Assembly: GCA_964016885.1 (NCBI GenBank)
Contig: CAXHJY010001158.1
Coordinates: forward strand, 109,769-173,768
Length of the DNA: 64,000 nt
Source: Eledone cirrhosa
Taxonomy: Eukaryota
Reading direction: 5' to 3'
The notes under the pieces were generated by a model. The model had not been told where the DNA came from, made no database searches, and was given only the letters and a program-made list of their open reading frames with translations. The position numbers were made by a program, and so were the translations under genes. Positions 45,703 through 59,848 of the stretch are shown here, piece after piece; within the stretch, counting starts at the first letter, position 1; the number at the start of each line of letters is the position of its first letter.

Positions 45703-46097
45703 GTATGTATCTTTCTCATTCTCTCTGTATGTATGTATGTATGTATATATATATAATTATATATTTATAGACATCCTGAAAGCTTTTTAAATGTCTGAGA
45801 GATTGGCTAAATATGTTTTGCAGGTATGACCAGTAAGAGAGAGGTAAGTTATTTCAAAACAATTCTTTGACCATTATTTTAAGGTACTATCTCAGTGTAT
45901 TTTTAAATTGACCTCTTGATAGGATGAAATGACCTGTATAATTTTTTTCATATTTAGATGGAATAGAAGAAAAACAAGAAAAATGAAATGAATTCAAACA
46001 GAAAATATACACCAATGCCAATGGAGGTATGATTTCAGTTTAATCTTAACCTAATGACCACTTTACAGAGTGTACTGGATATCTCTCTCTCTCTCTA

Positions 46098-46166
<69 letters not shown>

Positions 46167-49100
46167 AGGAAGCTCCAACCGTTAAGGTTGTCTTTCCATT
46201 TATTAATATATTGTGTATTTACTCCACTAAACTGTTGAGTGCTTTATATCAGTTATAAAAAAATTTCAGCTTGTTGAATCCCAAAATAGTTGTTGAAACA
46301 GCCACAGCTCAGCCGTCGGGGTCCTGAATATTTATCATATATATATACGTATGAGTGTGTGTGTTTTGAGAATTAATAATTATATAAACAAGTTTGTAAT
46401 GAACAATTTATTTCTTATCAAAACTGTATAAACATGATATTATTTACAGTAAGAATAACAATAATAATGATGGTTTCTAGTAAAGGTGGAAGGCCAGTAA
46501 TTTGGGGGAGGGGAAAGTTGATTAAATCGAAGAGAGAAAGAAAGAAAAAACAGAACGGGAAGGAGAGGGGATGGCAAGAGGTCCGGTGTCGCAGGAGAGA
46601 GGGGAGGGTGGTTGAGCTTTGAGTCTAGGGCAAGAGGGCAGAAATGCTGCGCCCCACGGATAAGACGGCAAAAATATTCTCGCGGACGATGGCCAGAGAT
46701 ACCCAATGCAACAACCACCCAACCTCGCGGTGTTCCCTCCTCAGATGGGCTGCTGACTCTCCGATCTTTTGGAGGAGCTCGGCAGTACAAGGTCCAAGTA
46801 CTCCTGGGGTCTCGACGTTGACTGGTGCAGAGAGGAAGTGGCCGGACAATCCTCGGTATTTGTTTATTTTACGTTCTTCTGCGAGGTGGGCTGCGATGCC
46901 GGGGTTTGTGACCGAAACGACTTGGAAACGAAGTTGTAGGCGGAGATTGTGTCGTAGCTGGTGGTGTCCCAGATGAGGGACCTACGTCCTTCGAATGGGA
47001 AGAGAGTGATTCCGTCGGGGCGCTTGCCATCTCCGGGACCTGTTGGCCCCAGTTGTGATGGGAAGCCAGCTGCGTCCAGGCTTCTTCTCAATATGTCGTT
47101 GACAACGACGTGTATCTATTCAATAATTATTTGAATATTGAAATTTTAGGTTTAACTACCTTTTAAACCAAATACATTAAGAAAGGCATGACCAACACCA
47201 CATCATTTTTATTTCTATTTTGAAAGTAGGTTTATAAGTATTAAATTTCAGTAGATTCTTATATCCTTCATGGTGGTCTGGTGGGAGATACGAGAGATGG
47301 TGGAGGTTCTGGTCTGGGGTTCAATCCTGCTCAGGAGATACTCTAAGGGGGTTCATACTAAACTTCTTCAGTGTTTCTTATCTCTAGAGACAAATATATA
47401 TACATAAGGTAATCTGGTAAAGTTGTTAGAACATCACATAGAATTCTTTGTAGTATTTTTTCCAGTTCTTCAATCTGAGTTCAACTTTACTTTTCTTCCA
47501 TTCGGGGTTGATAATAACGTACCAGTCAAATACTAGGGGTTAATTCTTCCTCTATATCTCTTTCTCACTCTCTGTCTGTTTTATTAAGACCTGGAGAGGT
47601 GATGTACTCTACCAGGTTTTATAATGAGTGATGGGGTCATACCTGCCTGCTACACCTCTGTGTACTAAGTGTAGCATATTATATCCTTGTTCAGGGCCTT
47701 CCTGACATTACTGTGTACTAAGGGTAGCATTTTATATCCTTGTTCAGGGCCATCTTAACATTGCTGTGTACTAAGTGTAGCATATTATATCCTTGTTCGG
47801 GGCCTTCCTGACATTAGTGTGTACTGAGTGTAGATTTTAACATCCTTGTTCTGGGCCTTCCTAACATTACTGTGTACTGAGTGTAGATTTTAACATCTTT
47901 GTTCAGAGCCTTCCTTACATTACTGTGTACTAAGTGTAGCATTTCATATACTTGTTCTGGGCCTTCCTAACGTTACTGTGGAAATAGTAGTTTATATCCA
48001 ATATGTAATATAGATATGGATTCTACAGGACTAAAACTCATTAATATGAGGGGTATTAGTAGATTATATGCCATATTTAATAGAGAAATGGCTTCTACAA
48101 GACTAAAACTCATTAATATGAGGGGTATTACAGTTTATATGCCATATTTAATACAGAAATGGCTTCTAAAGGACTAGAACTCTTTAAATTGAATAAAATA
48201 GTAGTATATATCCTATGTTTAATACAGAAATGCCTTCTAAAGGACTCATTAATATGAGGGTATTAGTAGATTATATAACATATTTAATACAGAAATGGCT
48301 TTTAAATTCAGGGACTCGTTAATTTGATGGAAATAGTAGTGTCTATGCAATATTTAATACAGAAATAGCTTCTACAGGACTAAAACTAATTAATATGAGG
48401 GGTATTAGTAGTATATGTGCCATATTTAATACAGAGATGGCTTCTAAATGGAGGTATCTCATTAATTCGATTGAAATGGTAGTGTATATGCAATATTTAA
48501 TACAGAAATAGCTTCTACAAGAATAAAACTCATTAATATGAAGGTTATTATTACATTATATGCCATATTTAATACAGAAATCGGTTCTAAAGGACTAGAA
48601 CTCTTTAATTCAAATCAAATAGTAGTATAAAGCAATATTTACTACAGAAATGGCTTCTACAAGACTAAAAATCCTTAATATGAGGGGTATTGTTAGATTA
48701 TATACCATATTTAATACAGAAATGGCTTCTAAATGAAGAAATCTCTTTAATTCGATAGTAATAGTAATAATAATAATAGTAATAGTAATAATACAGCCAA
48801 TTTTCCACGCAATACTTTTAGTTAGCACCCCGAACGCATAATTGGGAATATAATCACTTATTTCCTAATGTTTGTTGAGTGAGTTGGGAAAAAAAACTTG
48901 GGAAATATATTTTCAGGGTCTCAAAATCTTAAAGAGAAAAAAAAGTCCTGTGGAAGGTAGCAAAACAATTAGGAAGAAAATGGTTTGAAGTTGGTTGGTG
49001 AGTATAAGATTACAGTATCTTGTTGATTTCTATAAAGTTTACTTTTAACTGAATTGGTAAAAATGGATAAATTAGAAGACACAATATAATAACTAATATT

Positions 49101-49415
49101 GTCTTCTAAAACAGGGAATAAAAATATGTTGGTGTATTGGGGGGTGGGGGGGGGGGGGGTAAACATGTGAGTTAATGGGAATGTTTTTGTTTGTTTTTAT
49201 TGAAACATATTCAATCTACAGATAGGTTGTTATAGTTATTTAGTCTCGGGTCTGCCATTATCTGCAGATTTATAATTGAGGGGTGTTCCAGGTGTGACCA
49301 CCCTACATTATTCCTAGAGATTGTTACTCCTTCATTCTTCAGTCATCTTGGTCTTCTTATGAGATGGTGGTGTAGTCTTATTTATTGTTAAGGTTATGGT
49401 CTTCCTTTGTCCACA

Positions 49416-49456
<41 letters not shown>

Positions 49457-51015
49457 AAAGGCTTCCTTCTCTGGAAAAAGATGATTTAATATTCACAACC
49501 ATCTGTCTAATTGTTTTCTGATGAGAATAAAGTTAATCTTGCTTGTATGTCTACCTGATCAAATGACTGGCTGATATCTTGAAGTCATTTACACCACAGA
49601 ACTGTAGGAGTCTTGATCCCTCAAGCCATACCTCTAGCCATCATGTACTCCAAAAGAGTCTCACCTTGGTGCTACTCAACATGTCCATTAAATTTAGCAG
49701 CAAGGATGCCCTCTTCTTAGTGAGAGACAACTACAAGAGAGGTTCTTAGAGAAGAATAAGCCACTATAGTTAACTTTTGTTGACATAGAGAACCCCGATC
49801 TGTCATCTGGTGGTCCTTAAGGAAACTAGGTGTAGGGGAATGGCTTGTGAGGACAGTGCAAGCTATGTACAAGGGTGCTGTCAGTAAAGTGAGAGGAGGA
49901 ATTCCAGAAACAAAGTAGGTGTACATCAGGGTTCGGTCCTCAGTCCGCTCTTGTTCATTATAGTCCTCCCTCCCTCCCTCCCTCCCTCCCTCCCTCCAAG
50001 CCATAACAGAGGAGGAGTAGTTTAAGACTGGATGCCCATGGGAACTTCTCTATGCTGACGATCTGGTTCTTATAGCAGAATCAGTAGAGGAGCTAGCTAG
50101 AGAATAAATTCTGGCTATGGAAACAGCAGTAGTTGGAATCAAGAAGACTGAGAGTGAACCTAGCTAAGACAAAAGTGTTTATAAGTAGAAGAGAGGACAA
50201 AACTCTGATTCTGTCAGGGAAATGGCCATGTTCGATATGTAGGAAAGGAGTTGGCATAAATTCTATGAAATGTAGTACGCAATGCAGATCTTGGCTACAC
50301 AAGAGATGTAGTGGGATAGCAGGAAAACTGACTGACAGGTAGGGAGAAATACGTATGCAGTAGATGTACAGGGAAATTTGACAGAGATTGCAGTGATAGA
50401 CACATTTTTCAAATGCAGGTGGGATCTATAGAGGGAGTTGATAGCTTCTGATACCTAGGTGATCAGATTAGTAAGGGAGGAGGGTGATATAAAATATATT
50501 GTTATCATGACTGTCTTTATTATTTAAATTACCTCTGTCTATTTACAGATTTTACAGAGTGTACTGGGTGCTTTTATGATGGGAGCAGCAACTCTATACG
50601 ATTTTACAGAGTGTACTTGGTGCTTTTATCATGGCACATGGCAGCAGCAGCAGCAGCAACTACGATTTTACAGAGTGTACTTGGTGCTTTTTACTCTGAC
50701 ATCAGCACTGAGGAAGTTGTCATATTTTCAGCTAAATTAATGAGTAGAAAAACCAAGTTTCTGCTACAAAAAATTCTCAGATTCAAGGGAGACATTCAGT
50801 TTAAGTATGGTATACTGTCACTAAGGCAGCAAATTGGCAGAGTCGCTAGAATATCAGATAGCATTCTTTACATTATTTGTTTCAGCTCTCTGTTCTCTCA
50901 ATTCAAATCCTGCTCAGGTCAACTTTGCCTTTCATCCATACAAAATAGATTAATAAAAGTACCAGTGTATTACTGGGGTCAATTCTTCTTCTAACTCTTC
51001 TGCACTTCCATTCTC

Positions 51016-51084
<69 letters not shown>

Positions 51085-51646
51085 GCTTCTTTAGAACACA
51101 TCTGCTGTATTCAGACCTGGAGCGGAGATGGGCTCCACCAAGTTTTAAAAATTGCCCTTTAAGCGCTGTATGTCAATATGGTGCCCCTATGATTCCCTCC
51201 CTCAGGAGTTATGGGACCATAGATACTGTCAATTGTAAAGAATAACAGAGATATTCAGTGCTAGTGTGGTGTTCTGTCAGTTGTGGAGATTGATGAATCT
51301 AAACAGAAATATCAACAGCACTTTTCATTTCTGAGTAACACATTTGTTACCAAGTGCTGCATGGCTGGAATGAAAATCAGTGCTGTGAAAACCAAGACAT
51401 TCATCCTCTCAAGGAAGCTTGTGCAGTGCACTCTACATGTAAATGGAGTCCCACTGAAGCAGGTAGAAAAGTTCATGTATCTCGAAGCTGTGTTCACGAG
51501 TGATGACAGAGACGGCAAAGGCACAACACACAACAGAAGAAAAGAACAATGACAATTATTATTATTATTATTATTATTATTATTTGTTTTATTAGTTTTA
51601 TTATAATAAAAATTGTGCTGTTAGTTTGCTTGCTATACCATCATGT

Positions 51647-51735
51647 ACCCTAACCCTAAACCTAACCCCAACTCCAACTCTGACCCTAAACCTAACCCCA
51701 ACCCCAACCCTAACCCTAACCCTAACCCTAACCCA
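51647..51735. repeat. Telomere-like (CCCTAA)n tract, copy 2
   Basis: Same as 17942-18030. Confidence 0.85.
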
Positions 51736-53163
51736 CGATAGAAGACGTTCGTTACCGCTGGAGCAACGCAAATTACTCCTCGGTTGACGCCAAAAACGAA
51801 CGCCTTCTCGACGGCTAGCCGCATTTCGTGATCCGCCTTTCGATTGCGCTTCCGTCGCGGAAAAAGAATTGCCTTTATAGGCCGCCGCCGCCCGACCGGA
51901 CCCACGATAGAAGACGTTCGTTACCGCTGGAGCAACGCAAATTACTCCTCGGTTGACGCCAAAAACGAACGCCTTCTCGACGGCTAGCCGCATTTCGTGA
52001 TCCGCCTTTCGATTGCGCTTCCGTCGCGGAAAAAGAATTGCCTTTATAGGCCGCCGCCGCCCGACCGGACCCACGATAGAAGACGTTCGTTACCGCTGGA
52101 GCAACGCAAATTACTCCTCGGTTGACGCCAAAAACGAACGCCTTCTCGACGGCTAGCCGCATTTCGTGATCCGCCTTTCGATTGCGCTTCCGTCGCGGAA
52201 AAAGAATTGCCTTTATAGGCCGCCGCCGCCCGACCGGACCCACGATAGAAGACGTTCGTTACCGCTGGAGCAACGCAAATTACTCCTCGGTTGACGCCAA
52301 AAACGAACGCCTTCTCGACGGCTAGCCGCATTTCGTGATCCGCCTTTCGATTGCGCTTCCGTCGCGGAAAAAGAATTGCCTTTATAGGCCGCCGCCGCCG
52401 CCCGACCGGACCCACGATAGAAGACGTTCGTTACCGCTGGAGCAACGCAAATTACTCCTCGGTTGACGCCAAAAACGAACGCCTTCTCGACGGCTAGCCG
52501 CATTTCGTGATCCGCCTTTCGATTGCGCTTCCGTCGCGGAAAAAGAATTGCCTTTATAGGCCGCCGCCGCCCGACCGGACCCACGATAGAAGACGTTCGT
52601 TACCGCTGGAGCAACGCAAATTACTCCTCGGTTGACGCCAAAAACGAACGCCTTCTCGACGGCTAGCCGCATTTCGTGATCCGCCTTTCGATTGCGCTTC
52701 CGTCGCGGAAAAAGAATTGCCTTTATAGGCCGCCGCCGCCCGACCGGACCCACGATAGAAGACGTTCGTTACCGCTGGAGCAACGCAAATTACTCCTCGG
52801 TTGACGCCAAAAACGAACGCCTTCTCGACGGCTAGCCGCATTTCGTGATCCGCCTTTCGATTGCGCTTCCGTCGCGGAAAAAGAATTGCCTTTATAGGCC
52901 GCCGCCGCCCGACCGGACCCACGATAGAAGACGTTCGTTACCGCTGGAGCAACGCAAATTACTCCTCGGTTGACGCCAAAAACGAACGCCTTCTCGACGG
53001 CTAGCCGCATTTCGTGATCCGCCTTTCGATTGCGCTTCCGTCGCGGAAAAAGAATTGCCTTTATAGGCCGCCGCCGCCGCCCGACCGGACCCACGATAGA
53101 AGACGTTCGTTACCGCTGGAGCAACGCAAATTACTCCTCGGTTGACGCCAAAAACGAACGCCT
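51732..53163 (+). promoter_or_regulatory. 169-172 bp spacer repeats, copy 2 (8 full + 1 partial)
   Basis: Units start at 51732, 51901, 52070, 52239, 52411, 52580, 52749, 52918 and 53090. Confidence 0.55.
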
Positions 53164-53514
53164 TCCGGTTCGGGCGACGTAAAAGTCTGTAGCCTTTTCG
53201 CCGATCCTCGACGATTATCCGCCTTCCGAACAACCGCCGTCACAGCAGTAGGTACTCGTCCGTCGTAATAGCCGTCATTTTAATGCAGGAGAAACGCCTA
53301 AATGCACTGCGATTAACGACGATCTACGACGCGCTTACTCTTCCTTGCTGCGACGAAGGTTTCGTTCGGCTTTTCGTCGTGGACCCGGTCAGGTCATGCC
53401 GCTGATCTCGCGTTGCGTCGTTACCGCTGGAGCAACGCAAATTACTCCTCGTTTAACGCCAACATCGAACGCGCTTCGGTTCTCGGTCGTCGTTGTTTTG
53501 TTTCGTGCGGAAGA

Positions 53515-53700
53515 TACCTGGGTGATCCTGCCAGTAGTCATATGCTTGTCTCAAAGCTTAAGCCATGCAAGTGGAAGTTCATGCCGTAAACGAAAATGGT
53601 GAAACCGCGAATGGCTCAGGAACCGGATCTAATCCTCGGGACCGTATTCCTCACCGCGAGGAGAGGATAACTGTGGCAATTCTAGAGCTAATACATGCAA
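53515..53700 (+). pseudogene. 18S rRNA 5' fragment, copy 2
   Basis: Same motifs as 18973-19158. Confidence 0.95.
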
Positions 53701-53706
53701 TTGAGA

Positions 53707-56700
53707 TCGGAGAGGGAGCGATCCGTCTGCTTGATTCCGATAACGAACGAGACATTCGTATCCGAAAGAACGTTTGTCTGGAAACTGGTGCAGTCAGTGA
53801 GTCGAAAAAAAAATATCTCGGTGGTAGTAGCAAATATTCGAACGAGACATTCGTATGCGAAAGAACGTTTGTCGGTGGTAGTAGCAAATATTCGAACGAG
53901 ACATTCGTATGCGAAAGAACGTTTGTCTGGAAGTGGCGATCCATGCCCGGTGGATAGTTGGTTCCGGGTTTTACTATGATTGTTGCAAAACAGAAACTTA
54001 AAGGGATTGACAGAATTTGCGATTACGGAGAGGGGGCGATCCGTCTGCTTGATTCCGATAACGAACGAGACATTCGTATCCGAAAGAACGTTTGTCTGGA
54101 AACTGGTGAGTCAGTGAGTCGAAAAAAAAAAATCTCGGTGGTAGTGGCAAATATTCGAACGAGACATTCGTATGCGAAAGAACGTTTGTCGGTGGTAGTA
54201 GCAAATATTCGAACGAGACATTCGTATGCGAAAGAACGTTTGTCTGGAAGTGGCGATCCATGCCCGGTGGATAGTTGGTTCCGGGTTTTACTATGATTGT
54301 TGCAAAACAGAAACTTAAAGGGATTGACAGAATTTGCGATTACGGAGAGGGGGCGATCCGTCTGCTTGATTCCGATAACGAACGAGACATTCGTATCCGA
54401 AAGAACGTTTGTCTGGAAACTGGTGAGTCAGTGAGTCGAAAAAAAAATATCTCGGTGGTAGTAGCAAATATTCGAACGAGACATTCGTATGCGAAAGAAC
54501 GTTTGTCGGTGGTAGTAGCAAATATTCGAACGAGACATTCGTATGCGAAAGAACGTTTGTCTGGAAGTGGCGATCCATGCCCGGTGGATAGTTGGTTCCG
54601 GGTTTTACTATGATTGTTGCAAAACAGAAACTTAAAGGGATTGACAGAATTTGCGATTACGGAGAGGGGGCGATCCGTCTGCTTGATTCCGATAACGAAC
54701 GAGACATTCGTATCCGAAAGAACGTTTGTCTGGAAACTGGTGAGTCAGTGAGTCGAAAAAAAAATATCTCGGTGGTAGTAGCAAATATTCGAACGAGACA
54801 TTCGTATGCGAAAGAACGTTTGTCGGTGGTAGTAGCAAATATTCGAACGAGACATTCGTATGCGAAAGAACGTTTGTCTGGAAGTGGCGATCCATGCTCG
54901 GTGGATAGTTGGTTCCGGGTTTTACTATGATTGTTGCAAAACAGAAACTTAAAGGGATTGACAGAATTTGCGATTCCGGAGAGGGGGCGATCCGTCTGCT
55001 TGATTCCGATAACGAACGAGACATTCGTATCCGAAAGAACGTTTGTCTGGAAACTGGTGAGTCGAAAAAAAAATATCTCGGTGGTAGTAGCAAATATTCG
55101 TATGCGAAAGAAAAGATCTCGGTGGTAGTAGCAAATATTCGAACGAGACATTCGTAGGCGAAAGAAAAATATCTCGGTGGTAGTAGCAAATATTCGAACG
55201 AGACATTCGTATGCGAAAGAACGTTTGTCGGTGGTAGTAGCAAATATTCGAACGAGACATTCGTATGCGAAAGAACGTTTGTCGGTGGTAGTAGCAAATA
55301 TTCGAACGAGACATTCGTATGCGAAAGAACGTTTGTCTGGAAGTGGCGATCCATGCCCGGTGGATAGTTGGTTCCGGGTTTTACTATGATTGTTGCAAAA
55401 CAGAAACTTAAAGGGATTGACAGAATTTGCGATTCCGGAGAGAGGGCGATCCGTCTGCTTGATTCCGATAACGAACGAGACATTCGTATCCGAAAGAACG
55501 TTTGTCTGGAAACTGGTGAGTCAGTGAGTCGAAAAAAAAATATCTCGGTGGTAGTAGCAAATATTCGAACGAGACATTCGTATGCGAAAGAACGTTTGTC
55601 GGTGGTAGTAGCAAATATTCGAACGAGACATTCGTATGCGAAAGAACGTTTGTCTGGAAGTGGCGATCCATGCTCGGTGGATAGTTGGTTCCAGGTTTTA
55701 CTATGATTGTTGCAAAACAGAAACTTAAAGGGATTGACAGAATTTGCGATTCCGGAGAGGGGGCGATCCGTCTGCTTGATTCCGATAACGAACGAGACAT
55801 TCGTATCCGAAAGAACGTTTGTCTGGAAACTGGTGAGTCAGTGAGTCGAAAAAAAAAATATCTCGGTGGTAGTAGCAAATATTCGAACGAGACATTCGTA
55901 TGCGAAAGAACGTTTGTCGGTGGTAGTAGCAAATATTCGAACGAGACATTCGTATGCGAAAGAACGTTTGTCTGGAAGTGGCGATCCATGCCCGGTGGAT
56001 AGTTGGTTCCGGGTTTTACTATGATTGTTGCAAAACAGAAACTTAAAGGGATTGACAGAATTTGCGATTCCGGAGAGGGGGCGATCCGTCTGCTTGATTC
56101 CGATAACGAACGAGACATTCGTATCCGAAAGAACGTTTGTCTGGAAACTGGTGAGTCAGTGAGTCGAAAAAAAAATATCTCGGTGGTAGTAGCAAATATT
56201 CGAACGAGACATTCGTATGCGAAAGAACGTTTGTCGGTGGTAGTAGCAAATATTCGAACGAGACATTCGTATGCGAAAGAACGTTTGTCTGGAAGTGGCG
56301 ATCCATGCTCGGTGGATAGTTGGTTCCAGGTTTTACTATGATTGTTGCAAAACAGAAACTTAAAGGGATTGACAGAATTTGCGATTCCGGAGAGGGGGCG
56401 ATCCGTCTGCTTGATTCCGATAACGAACGAGACATTCGTATCCGAAAGAACGTTTGTCTGGAAACTGGTGAGTCAGTGAGTCGAAAAAAAAAATATCTCG
56501 GTGGTAGTAGCAAATATTCGAACGAGACATTCGTATGCGAAAGAACGTTTGTCGGTGGTAGTAGCAAATATTCGAACGAGACATTCGTATGCGAAAGAAC
56601 GTTTGTCTGGAAGTGGCGATCCATGCTCGGTGGATAGTTGGTTCCGGGTTTTACTATGATTGTTGCAAAACAGAAACTTAAAGGGATTGACAGAATTTGC

Positions 56701-59473
56701 GATTCCGGAGAGGGGGCGATCCGTCTGCTTGATTCCGATAACGAACGAGACATTCGTATCCGAAAGAACGTTTGTCTGGAAACTGGTGAGTCAGTGAGTC
56801 GAAAAAAAAATATCTCGGTGGTAGTAGCAAATATTCGAACGAGACATTCGTATGCGAAAGAACGTTTGTCGGTGGTAGTAGCAAATATTCGAACGAGACA
56901 TTCGTATGCGAAAGAACGTTTGTCTGGAAGTGGCGATCCATGCCCGGTGGATAGTTGGTTCCGGGTTTTACTATGATTGTTGCAAGACAGAAACTTAAAG
57001 GGATTGACAGAATTTGCGATTCCGGAGAGGGGGCGATCCGTCTGCTTGATTCCGATAACGAACGAGACATTCGTATCCGAAAGAACGTTTGTCTGGAAAC
57101 TGGTGAGTCGAAAAAAAAATATCTCGGTGGTAGTAGCAAATATTCGAACGAGACATTCGTAGGCGAAAGAAAAATATCTCGGTGGTAGTAGCAAATATTC
57201 GAACGAGACATTCGTATGCGAAAGAACGTTTGTCGGTGGTAGTAGCAAATATTCGAACGAGACATTCGTATGCGAAAGAACGTTTGTCGGTGGTAGTAGC
57301 AAATATTCGAACGAGACATTCGTATGCGAAAGAACGTTTGTCTGGAAGTGGCGATCCATGCCCGGTGGATAGTTGGTTCCGGGTTTTACTATGATTGTTG
57401 CAAAACAGAAACTTAAAGGGATTGACAGAATTTGCGATTCCGGAGAGAGGGCGATCCGTCTGCTTGATTCCGATAACGAACGAGACATTCGTATCCGAAA
57501 GAACGTTTGTCTGGAAACTGGTGAGTCAGTGAGTCGAAAAAAAAATATCTCGGTGGTAGTAGCAAATATTCGTATGCGAAAGAAAAGATCTCGGTGGTAG
57601 TAGCAAATATTCGAACGAGACATTCGTAGGCGAAAGAAAAATATCTCGGTGGTAGTAGCAAATATTCGAACGAGACATTCGTATGCGAAAGAACGTTTGT
57701 CGGTGGTAGTAGCAAATATTCGAACGAGACATTCGTATGCGAAAGAACGTTTGTCGGTGGTAGTAGCAAATATTCGAACGAGACATTCGTATGCGAAAGA
57801 ACGTTTGTCTGGAAGTGGCGATCCATGCCCGGTGGATAGTTGGTTCCGGGTTTTACTATGATTGTTGCAAAACAAAAACTTAAAGGGATTGACAGAATTT
57901 GCGATTCCGGAGAGAGGGCGATCCGTCTGCTTGATTCCGATAACGAACGAGACATTCGTATCCGAAAGAACGTTTGTCTGGAAACTGGTGAGTCAGTGAG
58001 TCGAAAAAAAAATATCTCGGTGGTAGTAGCAAATATTCGAACGAGACATTCGTATGCGAAAGAACGTTTGTCGGTGGTAGTAGCAAATATTCGAACGAGA
58101 CATTCGTATGCGAAAGAACGTTTGTCTGGAAGTGGCGATCCATGCCCGGTGGATAGTTGGTTCCGGGTTTTACTATGATTGTTGCAAAACAAAAACTTAA
58201 AGGGATTGACAGAATTTGCGATTCCGGAGAGAGGGCGATCCGTCTGCTTGATTCCGATAACGAACGAGACATTCGTATCCGAAAGAACGTTTGTCTGGAA
58301 ACTGGTGAGTCAGTGAGTCGAAAAAAAAAATATCTCGGTGGTAGTAGCAAATATTCGAACGAGACATTCGTATGCGAAAGAACGTTTGTCGGTGGTAGTA
58401 GCAAATATTCGAACGAGACATTCGTATGCGAAAGAACGTTTGTCTGGAAGTGGCGATCCATGCTCGGTGGATAGTTGGTTCCGGGTTTTACTATGATTGT
58501 TGCAAAACAGAAACTTAAAGGGATTGACAGAATTTGCGATTCCGGAGAGGGGGCGATCCGTCTGCTTGATTCCGATAACGAACGAGACATTCGTATCCGA
58601 AAGAACGTTTGTCTGGAAACTGGTGAGTCAGTGAGTCGAAAAAAAAATATCTCGGTGGTAGTAGCAAATATTCGAACGAGACATTCGTATGCGAAAGAAC
58701 GTTTGTCGGTGGTAGTAGCAAATATTCGAACGAGACATTCGTATGCGAAAGAACGTTTGTCTGGAAGTGGCGATCCATGCCCGGTGGATAGTTGGTTCCG
58801 GGTTTTACTATGATTGTTGCAAAACAGAAACTTAAAGGGATTGACAGAATTTGCGATTCCAGAGAGAGGGCGATCCGTCTGCTTGATTCCGATAACGAAC
58901 GAGACATTCGTATCCGAAAGAACGTTTGTCTGGAAACTGGTGAGTCAGTGAGTCGAAAAAAAAATATCTCGGTGGTAGTAGCAAATATTCGAACGAGACA
59001 TTCGTATGCGAAAGAACGTTTGTCTGGAAGTGGCGATCCATGCCCGGTGGATAGTTGGTTCCGGGTTTTACTATGATTGTTGCAAAACAGAAACTTAAAG
59101 GGATTGACAGAATTTGCGATTCCGGAGAGAGGGCGATCCGTCTGCTTGATTCCGATAACGAACGAGACATTCGTATCCGAAAGAACGTTTGTCTGGAAAC
59201 TGGTGAGTCAGTGAGTCGAAAAAAAAATATCTCGGTGGTAGTAGCAAATATTCGTATGCGAAAGAAAAGATCTCGGTGGTAGTAGCAAATATTCGAACGA
59301 GACATTCGTATGCGAAAGAAAAATATCTCGGTGGTAGTAGCAAATATTCGAACGAGACATTCGTATTCGAAAGAACGTTTGTCTGGAAGTTGCGATCCAT
59401 GCCCGGTGGATAGTTGGTTCCGGGCTTTACTATGATTGTTGCAAAACAGAAACTTAAAGGAATTGACAGAATT
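53707..59473 (+). repeat. rRNA-fragment mosaic tandem array, copy 2 (~17 monomers)
   Basis: Same monomer as 19165-25040, with a different order of length variants. Confidence 0.92.
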
Positions 59474-59507
59474 TTCGAATCGACATCAACTCGGCTACGG
59501 CTATCCC

Positions 59508-59848
59508 GTCGAGTACGAGAGTATCGCGGGATCAGAGCAACGGTTTGCTAGGCTGCCTCTGAGCGATAACGGCTGAACGCCTCCTCTAAGCCGGAACCCT
59601 AGCCGGACCCGAGTTGTTTTTCGACAAGCGTCTCGACCTTCTTAAGGCCCATGCCTTAGTTTGGCGATTGCCGTCCGTTCGCCGACGGCGGCAGCGTCAG
59701 CGGAAATGCCATTCTGTGACGACTACGACGATTCGTCGTCGTCGTCGTCCATTCGATTTCCTGAAAGAGATAGAGACTAAAGTGATCAAATTGTTCGGAG
59801 TTACGTGCTTAGTAGAGCAGCTACCACACTGCAATCTATTGAGAGTTT
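59508..59848 (+). pseudogene. 28S rRNA 3'-terminal fragment, copy 2
   Basis: Same as 25075-25415. Confidence 0.85.
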
